This document shows positions 38,610-48,358 of a stretch of 64,000 nt of DNA, one piece after another. Both the position numbers and the translations under genes were made by a program. The DNA is taken from NCBI GenBank assembly GCA_964589945.1, contig CAZPVG010000009.1, forward strand, positions 20,066-84,065. The letters are read 5' to 3'. The notes beneath the pieces were generated by a model, which was not told the DNA's origin, searched no databases, and saw only the letters and a program-made list of their open reading frames with translations. This DNA is from an uncultured bacterium. Lineage in GTDB: Bacteria; Eisenbacteria; RBG-16-71-46. Numbering within the stretch: the stretch's first letter is position 1; each line of letters starts with the position of its first letter.

Positions 38610-38716
38610 CAACGGCGACTCGGTGCGACGGGCGACGGTCCCCGTTCTGTCCCCGAGTGACGAATCGCTCGCGGCTTCACGGGCTCGGGTGAATCGGCGC
38701 TGCTCGCCGGACCGCG

Positions 38717-39586
38717 CTACTTCTTCTCCGCCGGCTCGACCAGCTTCGCAACCAGCGTCCGCAGCGCCGAGCGCCACGGCTCCATCCCGCCTTCGGCGGG
38801 GGCGACGATCGAAGCCAGGTCGTCCTCGGTGAGGGTCTCCTGGGCGCCGAGCACGGAGGCGCCGAAGCGCGTCCGGCGGGCGAGGAGCCCCTCGGCGCCG
38901 ACCCGCATGACGCGTCCGGCGGGCGTGAGCACCACGCCGGTGAGCTGCAGGACCTGCACCGGTGTGTCGAGCGAGGTGAGCCAGGGCACCGGCATCGTGC
39001 GGTCGGTGCCGATCTCGATGACCTTCCCACCCTTCCAGGTGGCCTGGCGCACCCACTGCTCCTCGAACCCGAGCTGGATCGCGACGACCGCGTCGATCGA
39101 GTCGCCGGCGCCGGCGATCGCGCGCTCGCGCCAGGCGCGGCCGGGCTCCTCGACGCCGAACGTCATGCGGCGCGGGGGGCCGGGGTCGATCTCGTCCGAT
39201 CCGCGGGGCAGGCCGTCGGGCCCGGTCCCGCCGCGCCGGCAGCCGAAGCGCACGTTCGGTCCGTCGCGCAGGGGCCAGTCGCCGCCGGGCAGCGGAGCGG
39301 TCAGCTCGATCCGGTCCAGCTCGAGTCGGAGCGAATCGAGCAGCGCCGCGAGGGCGGGGGAGCGGTCGGGCGTGGGATCCAGCGAGGCCGGGTCGTCGCG
39401 GAAGGAGACCGCGACGTGCGCGACGCGGTCCTCCGCGGCGGGCGGCTTGCCGTGATAGAAGGGCGGCCGGTCGAAGTCGCCGCGGAAGACCTCCGCGGCG
39501 GCGGGGGCGGCGGACAGTGCGACCAGCAGGCCGAGAAGCACGAAGCGCTCCGGGCGCGCGGCCCGCATTCCAAAGGTGGGGTTCAT
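38717..39586 (-). CDS. Hypothetical exported protein
   Basis: 289-aa ORF with an N-terminal signal peptide (alternative start at 39568). No recognisable motif. Confidence 0.45.
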   Translation of the reverse strand: MNPTFGMRAARPERFVLLGLLVALSAAPAAAEVFRGDFDRPPFYHGKPPAAEDRVAHVAVSFRDDPASLDPTPDRSPALAALLDSLRLELDRIELTAPLPGGDWPLRDGPNVRFGCRRGGTGPDGLPRGSDEIDPGPPRRMTFGVEEPGRAWRERAIAGAGDSIDAVVAIQLGFEEQWVRQATWKGGKVIEIGTDRTMPVPWLTSLDTPVQVLQLTGVVLTPAGRVMRVGAEGLLARRTRFGASVLGAQETLTEDDLASIVAPAEGGMEPWRSALRTLVAKLVEPAEKK

Positions 39587-40285
39587 TGGCGCGGCAACCT
39601 AGACGTGGCCGGTTGGCCGGTCAAGAAGCAAGGACGCCGGCCTCGGCTCGCTCCCGGCGACCCTTCTCGCATCGCCTCCCGCGTCGGGACCGGCCCCCGG
39701 CGATGCCGCCGCGTTCGTCCGAGGGAGCCACGTTTCAACTGTTCCCACGGACCAGAATGCTCTCCGGCGCTTCGCATCACTCGCGAACGTGGACGCACGA
39801 GAGTTCTCGCTCGCACGACCCGCGACCGCCAATGCCCCGTCGGGAGAAACCGCCGCCCCCCCGATTGCAGGGTCCTGACTCATGCCAGCAGACTGCCCGC
39901 TGACCGACTACGGGAGTCCCGGAGGGTCATGCTACTTCCGGATACTTGCGCGTTGTTCCTTGAAGGTTACTCTGTTTCCTGAATCACGATCCTGATGCTG
40001 GGGTCAGTACACAACCAGGTTCAGTCCGTGCCGCGCTGAGCCGAGACATCTTTCGGTGGGAGTTCCGCTCGGCGCGGCTTGATGGAATGGGCCGCGATCC
40101 TGTTGGGGTGCGGTCCCGTTCCGGCGGGATTGGAGCCGTTCGCAAGACGGCCCCGGTCCCTTGACACCGGCAACACGACAACAACGCGTCCCTGCGGGAT
40201 TCGAAGGCCCGAGCAAGTCGCATCTCGGCCCGTGGTGCGCGACAGGATTCGCAAGCAACAGGCACGAATGCCGAGGGAACACCAC

Positions 40286-41233
40286 ATGTCACGTGAGATG
40301 GCGTTGCGACGTCTGCCCCTCATTCTCGCGTTGTTTGCGGGTCTGGCGGTCCTGGCCGGCTTCTCCGTGGCGAAGCCGAGCGCCGAGACCGGGGTTCACG
40401 AGAGCCAGGCCTGCCTCGATTGCCACGACGGGATGGACGCGACGCTCGTCGGCACGGCGCACCGGGTCACCGGCAAGGGGGCCCGCGTCGCCTGCACCGA
40501 CTGCCATGCCGGGCCGAGCGCGCACTGGGAGGACGACCCGGAGAAGAACCCGATGCCCAACCCGGGGAAGATGACCTCCACGGCGGAGGCCCGGGTGTGC
40601 ACCCAGTGCCACGAGAACTCGCACCAGCAGAACATGCTCGAGAAGAACGTGCACGCCATGAACAACGTGGCGTGCAGCGCGTGCCACAGCGTGCACGGGT
40701 CGAAGCACTACTCGCTGCTGCGCAAGCCGCAGAACGAGCTGTGCGAGTCCTGCCACACGCGCGTGGCCGGCCAGTTCGCACGGCCGTACCGCCATCCGAT
40801 CGAGGAAGGCGTCATCCAGTGCACCGACTGCCACATGACGCTCGACCGGACCACCCGGCCCCTTTCCAAGGACGGCACGAACGTCTGCCTGAAGTGCCAC
40901 GGCGACCTCGCCGGGCCGTTCCCCTACGAGCACGAGGCCACGCTCGATCACTCGACCGAAGAGGGCGGCTGCATCTCGTGCCACGACCCGCACGGCTCGT
41001 CGCTTCCGCGCATGCTCAAGCAGCCTTACCAGCCGCCGCACGAGCAGCTCTGCACGCAGTGCCACTCGATCCCGCCCAAGCACCTCTCGAACCGGATGCA
41101 CGGGACGCGCTGGAACGGCGTGGCCTGCAACGAGTGTCATACCGACATCCACGGCTCCTACGACAACCGGTGGCTCCTGAGCACGTCCCTTCGGGCTCAG
41201 GGCTGCATGAACGGGGCCTGTCATGGCCGCTAG
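40286..41233 (+). CDS. Periplasmic decahaem c-type cytochrome, MtrA/MtoA/PioA-like
   Basis: Signal peptide, then 10 CxxCH motifs in ~290 mature residues, plus a terminal C-x4-CH. The size and haem density are those of the MtrA family. Confidence 0.75.
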   Translation: MSREMALRRLPLILALFAGLAVLAGFSVAKPSAETGVHESQACLDCHDGMDATLVGTAHRVTGKGARVACTDCHAGPSAHWEDDPEKNPMPNPGKMTSTAEARVCTQCHENSHQQNMLEKNVHAMNNVACSACHSVHGSKHYSLLRKPQNELCESCHTRVAGQFARPYRHPIEEGVIQCTDCHMTLDRTTRPLSKDGTNVCLKCHGDLAGPFPYEHEATLDHSTEEGGCISCHDPHGSSLPRMLKQPYQPPHEQLCTQCHSIPPKHLSNRMHGTRWNGVACNECHTDIHGSYDNRWLLSTSLRAQGCMNGACHGR

Positions 41234-41246
41234 GACGGTGTCCGAC

Positions 41247-42815
41247 ATGCGAACTCAGAGGATGGCAGTGGGGATCGCGGCGCTGATGCTCCTGGCCGGC
41301 GCGAGCGTGGCGGGAGCGGCGAAGCTGAACGGCACCGTGAAGGTGGGCAACATCTTCCTGGACGAGACGGGCGACCGCTCGACGGTCCAGGAGACCTTCG
41401 ACATCTACGACGGCTTTGCGGTCAGCCAGGTCCTGCTCGACGGCAGCCTGCAGCCCCAGAGCCGGTTCGTGCTCGACCTGCGCGACATCAACCTCGACTC
41501 GCGCCAGGGGAACTTCAACTATCGCCTGCCCGGCCTCTTCAAGGTGCGGGCGGCCTACGACCAGAACCGCTACGTGTTCGATCCCGGCCGCGGCGTCACG
41601 TCGGAGCGCAAGAACTGGCAGGTCGGGCTGCAGGTCACCCCGATGAAGTCGCTCGTGCTCTCGGGCGACCTCAACCGCATCACGCGCACGGGTGACCGGC
41701 TCTCGTTCCCGCCCGAGCCGGGAACGCTGCTCGGCACCGTCAGCTCGCTCGGGACGCGCTACGACAACGCGCTGCTCAACTCACAGTTCGGCGCCGAGTA
41801 CCACCGGGGCCGCGCGGGCGGGGCCGTCTCCGTCCAGCTCTCGGACTACTCGGACGACCTCAACGGCACGGCCGACCGGAAGGGGCAGGTGTGGGCGGCG
41901 CGGCTCTACGCCCCGATGCCGTTCTACAACCGGTGGAACAACCTGTTCCGGGCGTCGTACGGCACGCGCAAGCTCACCGACGGCGGGGTCGAGTACAAGA
42001 TGTCGAGCTTCCAGTACACGGGGATCCTGGCGCCGCGCGAGTCCTACCAGCTGCGGTACGCGTTCGAGGCGAGCCGCGTGAAGGACAACGCGCTCGACCT
42101 GCAGACGGACCGCATCCAGAACGACCTCGACGCGACCTGGTTCCACAAGTACGGGAACCTCAACGCCGGCTTCGGCTACGAGACGAACGACGACGACATC
42201 ACGCTGACCGACTACATGAGCTGGCACGCGGGAGGCTCGTTCCGCCCGGACAAGCGCCTGAACGTGCGGTTCGAGTACAACGGGCGCGTGAAGAACGACC
42301 AGGAAGACCTGACGCTGCTCAAGGACATTGAGTCGGCGAGCTACCGCGGACGCCTCGAGATCCGGCCGAACGATCGCATCACGCTCGGCGGGGAGTACGC
42401 GAAGCGGCGCCGCGAGATGCCGGACATCCAGGTCGTGGTGAGCGGCATCACGGCCGGCGCGTTCGCGAGGTACGAGCAGCCGAAGTGGGGTGCCGCGTCG
42501 CTCGACTACACCCACGCCATCGACGAGTACGACGACCGTCTCGCGCCGTTCAATGTCGTGACCGCGATCACGACGGCGCGGGTGGATCTCTCGCGGATCA
42601 AGAACCTGGATCTCGCGAGCGGCGTCACCTACCTCGACATCGGACGCGACCTCGACATCGAGAAGTCCATCGTGTTCGTGGAGGGGGGATACAAGTTCGC
42701 GGGCCGCTATCACCTGGATGCGAAGTACAACGTCTACAACTACGACGACTACATCCTGCTCGACCGTTACTACACGGCGAACGTCGTCCGGGTGAACCTC
42801 GGATACGACCTGTAG
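41247..42815 (+). CDS. Outer-membrane beta-barrel protein, candidate MtrB/MtoB/PioB-like porin partner of the adjacent cytochromes
   Basis: Signal peptide (AGASVAGAA), no Cys, and alternating amphipathic Tyr/Gly/Asp/Asn-rich beta-strand pattern throughout. 522 aa. Starts 14 nt after the decahaem gene stop. Family assignment is by context and composition only. Confidence 0.55.
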   Translation: MRTQRMAVGIAALMLLAGASVAGAAKLNGTVKVGNIFLDETGDRSTVQETFDIYDGFAVSQVLLDGSLQPQSRFVLDLRDINLDSRQGNFNYRLPGLFKVRAAYDQNRYVFDPGRGVTSERKNWQVGLQVTPMKSLVLSGDLNRITRTGDRLSFPPEPGTLLGTVSSLGTRYDNALLNSQFGAEYHRGRAGGAVSVQLSDYSDDLNGTADRKGQVWAARLYAPMPFYNRWNNLFRASYGTRKLTDGGVEYKMSSFQYTGILAPRESYQLRYAFEASRVKDNALDLQTDRIQNDLDATWFHKYGNLNAGFGYETNDDDITLTDYMSWHAGGSFRPDKRLNVRFEYNGRVKNDQEDLTLLKDIESASYRGRLEIRPNDRITLGGEYAKRRREMPDIQVVVSGITAGAFARYEQPKWGAASLDYTHAIDEYDDRLAPFNVVTAITTARVDLSRIKNLDLASGVTYLDIGRDLDIEKSIVFVEGGYKFAGRYHLDAKYNVYNYDDYILLDRYYTANVVRVNLGYDL

Positions 42816-42928
42816 CCGTGACGCAGTGGAAGCGGGGCCTGACTCCGGTCGGGATTCCGCGTGATCTCGATTCGGAGATGAAAGTGCAGAGTGCAATGGG
42901 CCGATTCAGCCTGAGGGAGGGTGCGGCG

Positions 42929-43930
42929 ATGCTTCTTCTGAAGAGGGTGGTGTTGCTGTCGGCGGTCGCCTTGGTGGCGTTCGGCTTGACGGCGTGTGAG
43001 CGCAAGATCACGCGGATCGAGCTCGCCTCGGGACCGCTGACGTGCGCGGACTGCCACAACACGAGCAGCCTGATCACGGGCAAGGAAACCGAGTGGGCGG
43101 AGTCCGTGCACGGCACGGGCACGGCCTACCTCCGCGGGACGAGCGCGGGCTGCGCGGGCTGCCACTCCGGCGGCGCGTTCGTGAAGATGATTGCGGCGGG
43201 CCAGAACCCGGGTACGGTCACCGAGGGTGACCCGGATCCGACGCGCCAGGACTGCCGTACCTGCCACAACATCCACACGACCTACACGATGGCGGACTTC
43301 TCGCTCCGGACGACGGCGCCGGTGAACCTGTTCGCGATGGATACCCCGACGGTCTTCGATGGCGGCGAGGGCAACCTGTGCGCGAACTGCCACCAGCCGC
43401 GGCGCGACGGCCCCGTGGCCGTGAACGGTACGATCACCGGGATCTCGACCCACTGGGGTCCGCACCACGGACCGCAGAGCGCGATGCTCCTCGGTGTCGC
43501 GGGCGCCGGCGTCACGGGCACCCCGGCCGGCCACTACCAGGGCGTGCCGAACACCTGCGTGACCTGCCACCTGGGTTCCGGGCTGGACCACCACTTCGAG
43601 CCGTCGGCCACGACGTGCGCGAAGTGCCACCCGGGCGCGACGAACTTCGACATCGACAACGTCCAGACCGAGATCGCGGCCCTCGGCGACTCGCTCGGCG
43701 AGATGCTGCTGAACCTCAATCTCATCAGCGAGAACAGCCCGGACGGGCACCCGACGGTCACTTCGGCGCCGGAGGCCCAGGGCGTCGCGCTCTACAACTG
43801 GCTCTACGTCATGCACGAGGACAAGAGCATGGGCGTCCACAACGCCGACTACGCCCGGGCGCTGCTGCAGAAGGGCCTCCAGGAGCTGTCGCCGGCTCCG
43901 AAGGGCGTGGGGGCGGTCGCCCGGCGGTAG
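42929..43930 (+). CDS. Hexahaem c-type cytochrome lipoprotein
   Basis: GAGGGAGG ribosome-binding site, lipoprotein signal MLLLKRVVLLSAVALVAFGLTAC, six CxxCH motifs (CADCH, CAGCH, CRTCH, CANCH, CVTCH, CAKCH). Confidence 0.75.
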   Translation: MLLLKRVVLLSAVALVAFGLTACERKITRIELASGPLTCADCHNTSSLITGKETEWAESVHGTGTAYLRGTSAGCAGCHSGGAFVKMIAAGQNPGTVTEGDPDPTRQDCRTCHNIHTTYTMADFSLRTTAPVNLFAMDTPTVFDGGEGNLCANCHQPRRDGPVAVNGTITGISTHWGPHHGPQSAMLLGVAGAGVTGTPAGHYQGVPNTCVTCHLGSGLDHHFEPSATTCAKCHPGATNFDIDNVQTEIAALGDSLGEMLLNLNLISENSPDGHPTVTSAPEAQGVALYNWLYVMHEDKSMGVHNADYARALLQKGLQELSPAPKGVGAVARR

Positions 43931-43985
43931 GGAAGCGAATCTCGAATCCCGCACCCGGGCCGCCCGGGTGGGCGGCCAGCAGTCC

Positions 43986-44018
43986 GCAGCCGCGGCCGGC
44001 ATCGCCGGCCGCGGCTGC
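43986..44018 (+). terminator. 15-bp perfect hairpin downstream of the cytochrome module (terminator candidate)
   Basis: GCAGCCGCGGCCGGC-atc-GCCGGCCGCGGCTGC, 56 nt after the stop at 43930. No U-tract. Confidence 0.45.
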
Positions 44019-44290
44019 TGCGCTTCCGCGGCCCGGGCCGGTGCCTTCCCGGCGGCCCCGCCTCCGGCCCCCCATGGTCCCGCCTGGCCGGGCCAGCCCC
44101 CTCAAGCCGGAAGGCCGCTCCTGCCGAAAACGAGGACCGGGTCTCCGTACCGTTCTCCCCCCGGGGACGGACCCTGACGCTCCCCGAGGGGCCCGGTGCC
44201 ATCTGAGATATGGTGCCGCCCATCCATCCTCTGACCGTGACCTTCGGAAGCCGCGCACGGTCCGAGCGCGCCGTTTTCCGAGGGAAAAGC

Positions 44291-47071
44291 ATGTCCGGAC
44301 CACACGATTTCGTCCTGCGCGCGAACGCCGACTACATCGACCAGCAGTTCGCCCGCTGGCAGGCCGATCCGTCCTCCGTCCCTCCCGAATGGGCCCTCTT
44401 CTTTGCCGGCGTGGACCTGGGCTCCCGCCGGGAAACGGGCGAGGTCCCGACCCAGGCCCGCTCCGAGGCGGGGGTCCGCAGCCTGATCCACGCCTATCGT
44501 GAGTTCGGGCACCTCGTCGCCCGGCTCGACCCCCTCGGCACGGGCGAGACCCGCCATCCGCTCCTCGAGCTGGAGGCTTCGGGGCTCGGTCCTGCGGACT
44601 TCGACCGGGAGGTCCGCGGGGCGCCGTTCCTCGGCGAGTTCGGCGGAACGCTCCGGCAGCTCGTCGAGGCGCTGCGCACGACCTACTGCGGTACGCTCGC
44701 GGTCGAGTACCTCGACATCGCGGACGCCGCCCAGCGTGACTGGCTCGCGGACCGGATCGAGCGCGGTCTCAACCGCCCGAGCCTCTCGCCGGCCGAACGC
44801 ATCCGCATCCTCCGCTCGATGCTCGTCGCCGACGGGCTCGAGCAGTTCCTGCACGCGCGCTACACGGGGCAGAAGCGCTTCTCGCTCGAGGGCGCCGCCA
44901 GCCTCATCCCGATGTTCGAGGCCCTGACGATCGAAGCGGGGCTGCTCGGAGTCGAGTCGCTGCAGATGGGCATGCCGCACCGCGGGCGGCTCAACTTCCT
45001 CGCGAACATCATGAAGAAGCCGCTCGAGGCGATCTTCAGCGAGTTCGAGGCGAGCTTCGCGCCGGTGGACGTGCAGGGCCACGGTGACGTGAAGTACCAC
45101 CTCGGCTACTCGAGCGTCATGCCGTTGCCGAACGGGCGCAGCATCGCGCTGAGCCTGTGCTACAACCCGAGCCACCTCGAGTTCGTGAACCCCGTCGTGC
45201 TCGGCTCCCTGCGCGCCAAGCAGGAGGCGGCGGGGGACGCCGCCCGCACCCGCGGCGTTCCGGTGCTGATCCACGGCGACGCGGCGTTCGCGGGCGAGGG
45301 CATCGTGGCGGAGACCCTGGCGCTGGGGCAGCTGCCGGGCTACGTCACGGGCGGCACGATCCACGTCATCGTGAACAACCAGATCGGGTTCACGACCTCG
45401 CCGAAGGCCACGCGCCCGACCCGGTACCCGACGGCGATCGCGCGCGCGCTCGACGTCCCCGTCTTCCACGTGAACGGGGACGATCCCGAGGCCTGCGTGC
45501 GGGCGATGTCGCTCGCGCTCGCGTGGCGCATGCGGTTCCAGCGGGATGTGTTCATCGACCTCGTCTGCTACCGCAGGCACGGCCACAACGAGATGGACGA
45601 TCCGACCTTCACGCAGCCCGTGATGTACAGGGCGATTTCCTCGCACGTGCCGGCATCACGCCGGTACGCCGAGCGGCTCGTGGCCGAGGGTGTTCTCGAC
45701 CAGGCGGCGCTCGGCAAGATCGAGACCGAGATCGACTCCAGCTTCCGGGCCGCCCACCGCCGGGCGACGAACGCGCCGGTGCCGCCCGTGCGCGGCACGC
45801 CCTCGGGCATGTGGCGCGGCCTCGACTGGGCCGCCGAAGACTGGTCGGCCGACACGCGCGTGCCGCGGGAGACGCTCGAACAGGTCCTGCACGGACTCAC
45901 GAAGCTGCCGGAGGGGTTCCAGCCGCACCGCAAGATCGCCCAGCTCGCGGCCGACCGCCGGAAGATGTTCCTCGAGGACCGCATCGACTGGTCGCTCGGC
46001 GAGGCGCTGGCCTACGGATCGCTGCTGCTCGAGGGGCGCAACGTGCGCCTGACCGGGCAGGACTCCGGGCGCGGCACGTTCACGCACCGGCACGCCGTCC
46101 TTCACGACGCGGAGGACGGGCGGATGTGGACGCCCCTGCAGCACCTCGCCCAGGAACAGGGCCGCTTCGAGATCCTCGACACCATGCTGAGCGAGGCCGC
46201 CGTGCTCGGCTTCGAGTACGGCTACAGCACGGCCGACCCGCACACGCTCTGCCTCTGGGAGGCTCAGTTCGGCGACTTCACGAACGTGGCCCAGGTGGCG
46301 GTGGACCAGTTCGTCGCGAGCGGCGAGGCGAAGTGGGGCCGCATGTCGGGGCTCACGCTCCTGCTGCCGCACGGCTACGAGGGACAGGGGCCGGAGCACT
46401 CGAGCGCCCGCCTCGAGCGGTTCCTCGAGCTGTGCGCCGACCGCAACCTGCAGGTGTGCAACCTCACGACGCCGGCGCAGCTCTTCCACGCGCTGAGGCG
46501 CCAGCTCCACCGGCGCTTCCGCAAGCCGCTCGTGATCATGAGCCCGAAGAGCCTGCTGCGGCACAAGCTCGCGGTCTCGGCCGTGTCCGAGTTCGAGTCG
46601 GGCACCTTCCAGCCCGTGATCGACGACCGGAAGACCGATCCGGCCGCGGTGAGCCGCGTGCTCGTCGTCTCGGGCAAGTTCTACTACGCCCTGCTCGAGG
46701 CCCGGGCCGCCTCGAAACGCGACGACGTCGCGATCATGCGGCTCGAGCAGCTCTACCCGTTCCCCGGCGGCGAAGTGAAGGCGGCGCTTGCGCGCTACCC
46801 GAACCTCCGGGACGTGCTCTGGGTGCAGGAAGAGCCGGCGAACATGGGGGGCTGGCGCGCGATGCGACACCGCATCGACGGCGTCACGCCGCCCGGCGCG
46901 CGCCTGCGGCGTGTCTCCCGTCCGTCGTCGTCCTCGCCGGCGACGGGCTACTACCTGCTGCACCAGCAGCAGGAGCGGCAGATCCTGGCGGAGGCGTTCG
47001 AATCGGCCGCCCCCGGCGACGGGGCGGCGCCGGCCGCCGCCGGTCGCACTTCGAAGGGAGTGAAGCGATGA
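44291..47071 (+). CDS. sucA: 2-oxoglutarate dehydrogenase E1 component
   Basis: 927 aa, conserved N-terminus …YIDQQF…W, TPP motifs. GAGGGAAAAG ribosome-binding site. Confidence 0.9.
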   Translation: MSGPHDFVLRANADYIDQQFARWQADPSSVPPEWALFFAGVDLGSRRETGEVPTQARSEAGVRSLIHAYREFGHLVARLDPLGTGETRHPLLELEASGLGPADFDREVRGAPFLGEFGGTLRQLVEALRTTYCGTLAVEYLDIADAAQRDWLADRIERGLNRPSLSPAERIRILRSMLVADGLEQFLHARYTGQKRFSLEGAASLIPMFEALTIEAGLLGVESLQMGMPHRGRLNFLANIMKKPLEAIFSEFEASFAPVDVQGHGDVKYHLGYSSVMPLPNGRSIALSLCYNPSHLEFVNPVVLGSLRAKQEAAGDAARTRGVPVLIHGDAAFAGEGIVAETLALGQLPGYVTGGTIHVIVNNQIGFTTSPKATRPTRYPTAIARALDVPVFHVNGDDPEACVRAMSLALAWRMRFQRDVFIDLVCYRRHGHNEMDDPTFTQPVMYRAISSHVPASRRYAERLVAEGVLDQAALGKIETEIDSSFRAAHRRATNAPVPPVRGTPSGMWRGLDWAAEDWSADTRVPRETLEQVLHGLTKLPEGFQPHRKIAQLAADRRKMFLEDRIDWSLGEALAYGSLLLEGRNVRLTGQDSGRGTFTHRHAVLHDAEDGRMWTPLQHLAQEQGRFEILDTMLSEAAVLGFEYGYSTADPHTLCLWEAQFGDFTNVAQVAVDQFVASGEAKWGRMSGLTLLLPHGYEGQGPEHSSARLERFLELCADRNLQVCNLTTPAQLFHALRRQLHRRFRKPLVIMSPKSLLRHKLAVSAVSEFESGTFQPVIDDRKTDPAAVSRVLVVSGKFYYALLEARAASKRDDVAIMRLEQLYPFPGGEVKAALARYPNLRDVLWVQEEPANMGGWRAMRHRIDGVTPPGARLRRVSRPSSSSPATGYYLLHQQQERQILAEAFESAAPGDGAAPAAAGRTSKGVKR

Positions 47072-48351
47072 CGATCGAGATCCGGGTTCCCCGCCTGGCG
47101 GAGTCCATCTCGGAGGCGGTCCTCGTCGAGTGGCTGAAGTCCGACGGCGCCGCCGTGAGGACGGACGAGCCCGTCGCGACGCTGGAAACCGACAAGGCGG
47201 CGGTCGAGATCGTCGCCGACGCCGCGGGCGTACTGCACCACGGGCGAAAGGTCGGCGAGACCGTGCAGGTGGGTGACGCGCTCGGCCAGATCGAGGCTGG
47301 AACCGTGAAAGCGCCCGCGCCCTCACCCGGCAACGGCGCCGGGGGCCACGCGCCATCGGCCGGCGCCGCCGCGACCCCTGCACCCGCGCCGGCCGCGGCG
47401 GCGGCTTCCGCCGCCGTGCCCGCGGCGACGGCGACGTCTCCCGACCGTCCGCTCTCGCCCGCCGTGCGCCGCATCGTCGAGGAGAACGGGCTCGACGCCG
47501 CCGCGATCCGGGGAACGGGTCCGGGGGGTCGCGTGCTCAAGGAGGACGCGCTGCGCGCCGCCGCCGCGCCCGCCTCCGCCGCTGCGGCCGAGGCGCCTGC
47601 AGCCGCGCCCGCCTCCGCCGCCCCCGTCGCGACGCCCGAGACGGCCCCGGGCGAAGGGGAGCGGGTCGTGCCGATGAGCCGGATCCGCCAGCGCATCGCC
47701 GAGAAGCTCGTGCGGGCGCAGCAGTCGGCGGCGATCCTGACGACCTTCAACGAGGTGGACATGACGCGCGTGCTCGACACACGCGCGCGCTGGAAGGAAG
47801 CGTTCGAGAGCAAGCACGGCGTCCGGCTGGGTTTCATGAGCTTCTTCGCGCGGGCCTGCCTCGAGGCGATGCGCGACGTGCCGGAGGTCAACGCGGAGAT
47901 CCGCGGGACCGACATCGTCTACCACGACTTCGTCCACCTCGGCATCGCGGCCAGCACGCCCCGCGGTCTCGTCGTGCCGGTCGTCCGCAACGTCGAGCGG
48001 CTCGACTTCGCGGGGATCGAGCGCGAGATCGCACGCCTCGCACAGCGTGCCCGGGACGGCGCGCTGACGCCCGAGGAACTTTCGGGCGGCACCTTCACGA
48101 TCACGAACGGCGGCGTCTTCGGATCGCTCCTCTCGACGCCCATCCTCAACCCGCCGCAGAGCGGCATCCTCGGCATGCACAAGATCGAGAAACGCCCGGT
48201 CGTCGTGGACGACGCGGTCGTCGTGCGGCCGATGATGTACCTCGCGCTCTCCTACGATCACCGCCTGATCGACGGGGCGCAGGCCGTGACGTTCCTCGTG
48301 CGCGTGAAGGAGCGCCTCGAGGATCCCGAGCGGCTGATGCTCTCGGTGTGA
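47068..48351 (+). CDS. sucB: Dihydrolipoyllysine-residue succinyltransferase (E2)
   Basis: ATGA overlap with the sucA stop. Lipoyl domain ETDKA, Ala/Pro linker, catalytic DHRLIDG. Confidence 0.9.
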   Translation: MTIEIRVPRLAESISEAVLVEWLKSDGAAVRTDEPVATLETDKAAVEIVADAAGVLHHGRKVGETVQVGDALGQIEAGTVKAPAPSPGNGAGGHAPSAGAAATPAPAPAAAAASAAVPAATATSPDRPLSPAVRRIVEENGLDAAAIRGTGPGGRVLKEDALRAAAAPASAAAAEAPAAAPASAAPVATPETAPGEGERVVPMSRIRQRIAEKLVRAQQSAAILTTFNEVDMTRVLDTRARWKEAFESKHGVRLGFMSFFARACLEAMRDVPEVNAEIRGTDIVYHDFVHLGIAASTPRGLVVPVVRNVERLDFAGIEREIARLAQRARDGALTPEELSGGTFTITNGGVFGSLLSTPILNPPQSGILGMHKIEKRPVVVDDAVVVRPMMYLALSYDHRLIDGAQAVTFLVRVKERLEDPERLMLSV

Positions 48352-48358
48352 GCCGCCG

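Noticed and set aside
38520-38610. Second tRNA-Leu gene
   Set aside because: Only the T-arm and acceptor 3' strand are present. No sequence can pair as the 5' acceptor strand (GCCGGGA) or D-arm. Interpreted as an att-type repeat instead.
41200-41233. Eleventh haem site from the C-terminal CMNGACH (C-x4-CH) in the MtrA-like protein
   Set aside because: Non-canonical spacing. It cannot be distinguished from a chance Cys pair without alignment, so it is counted as 10 haems with a possible extra.
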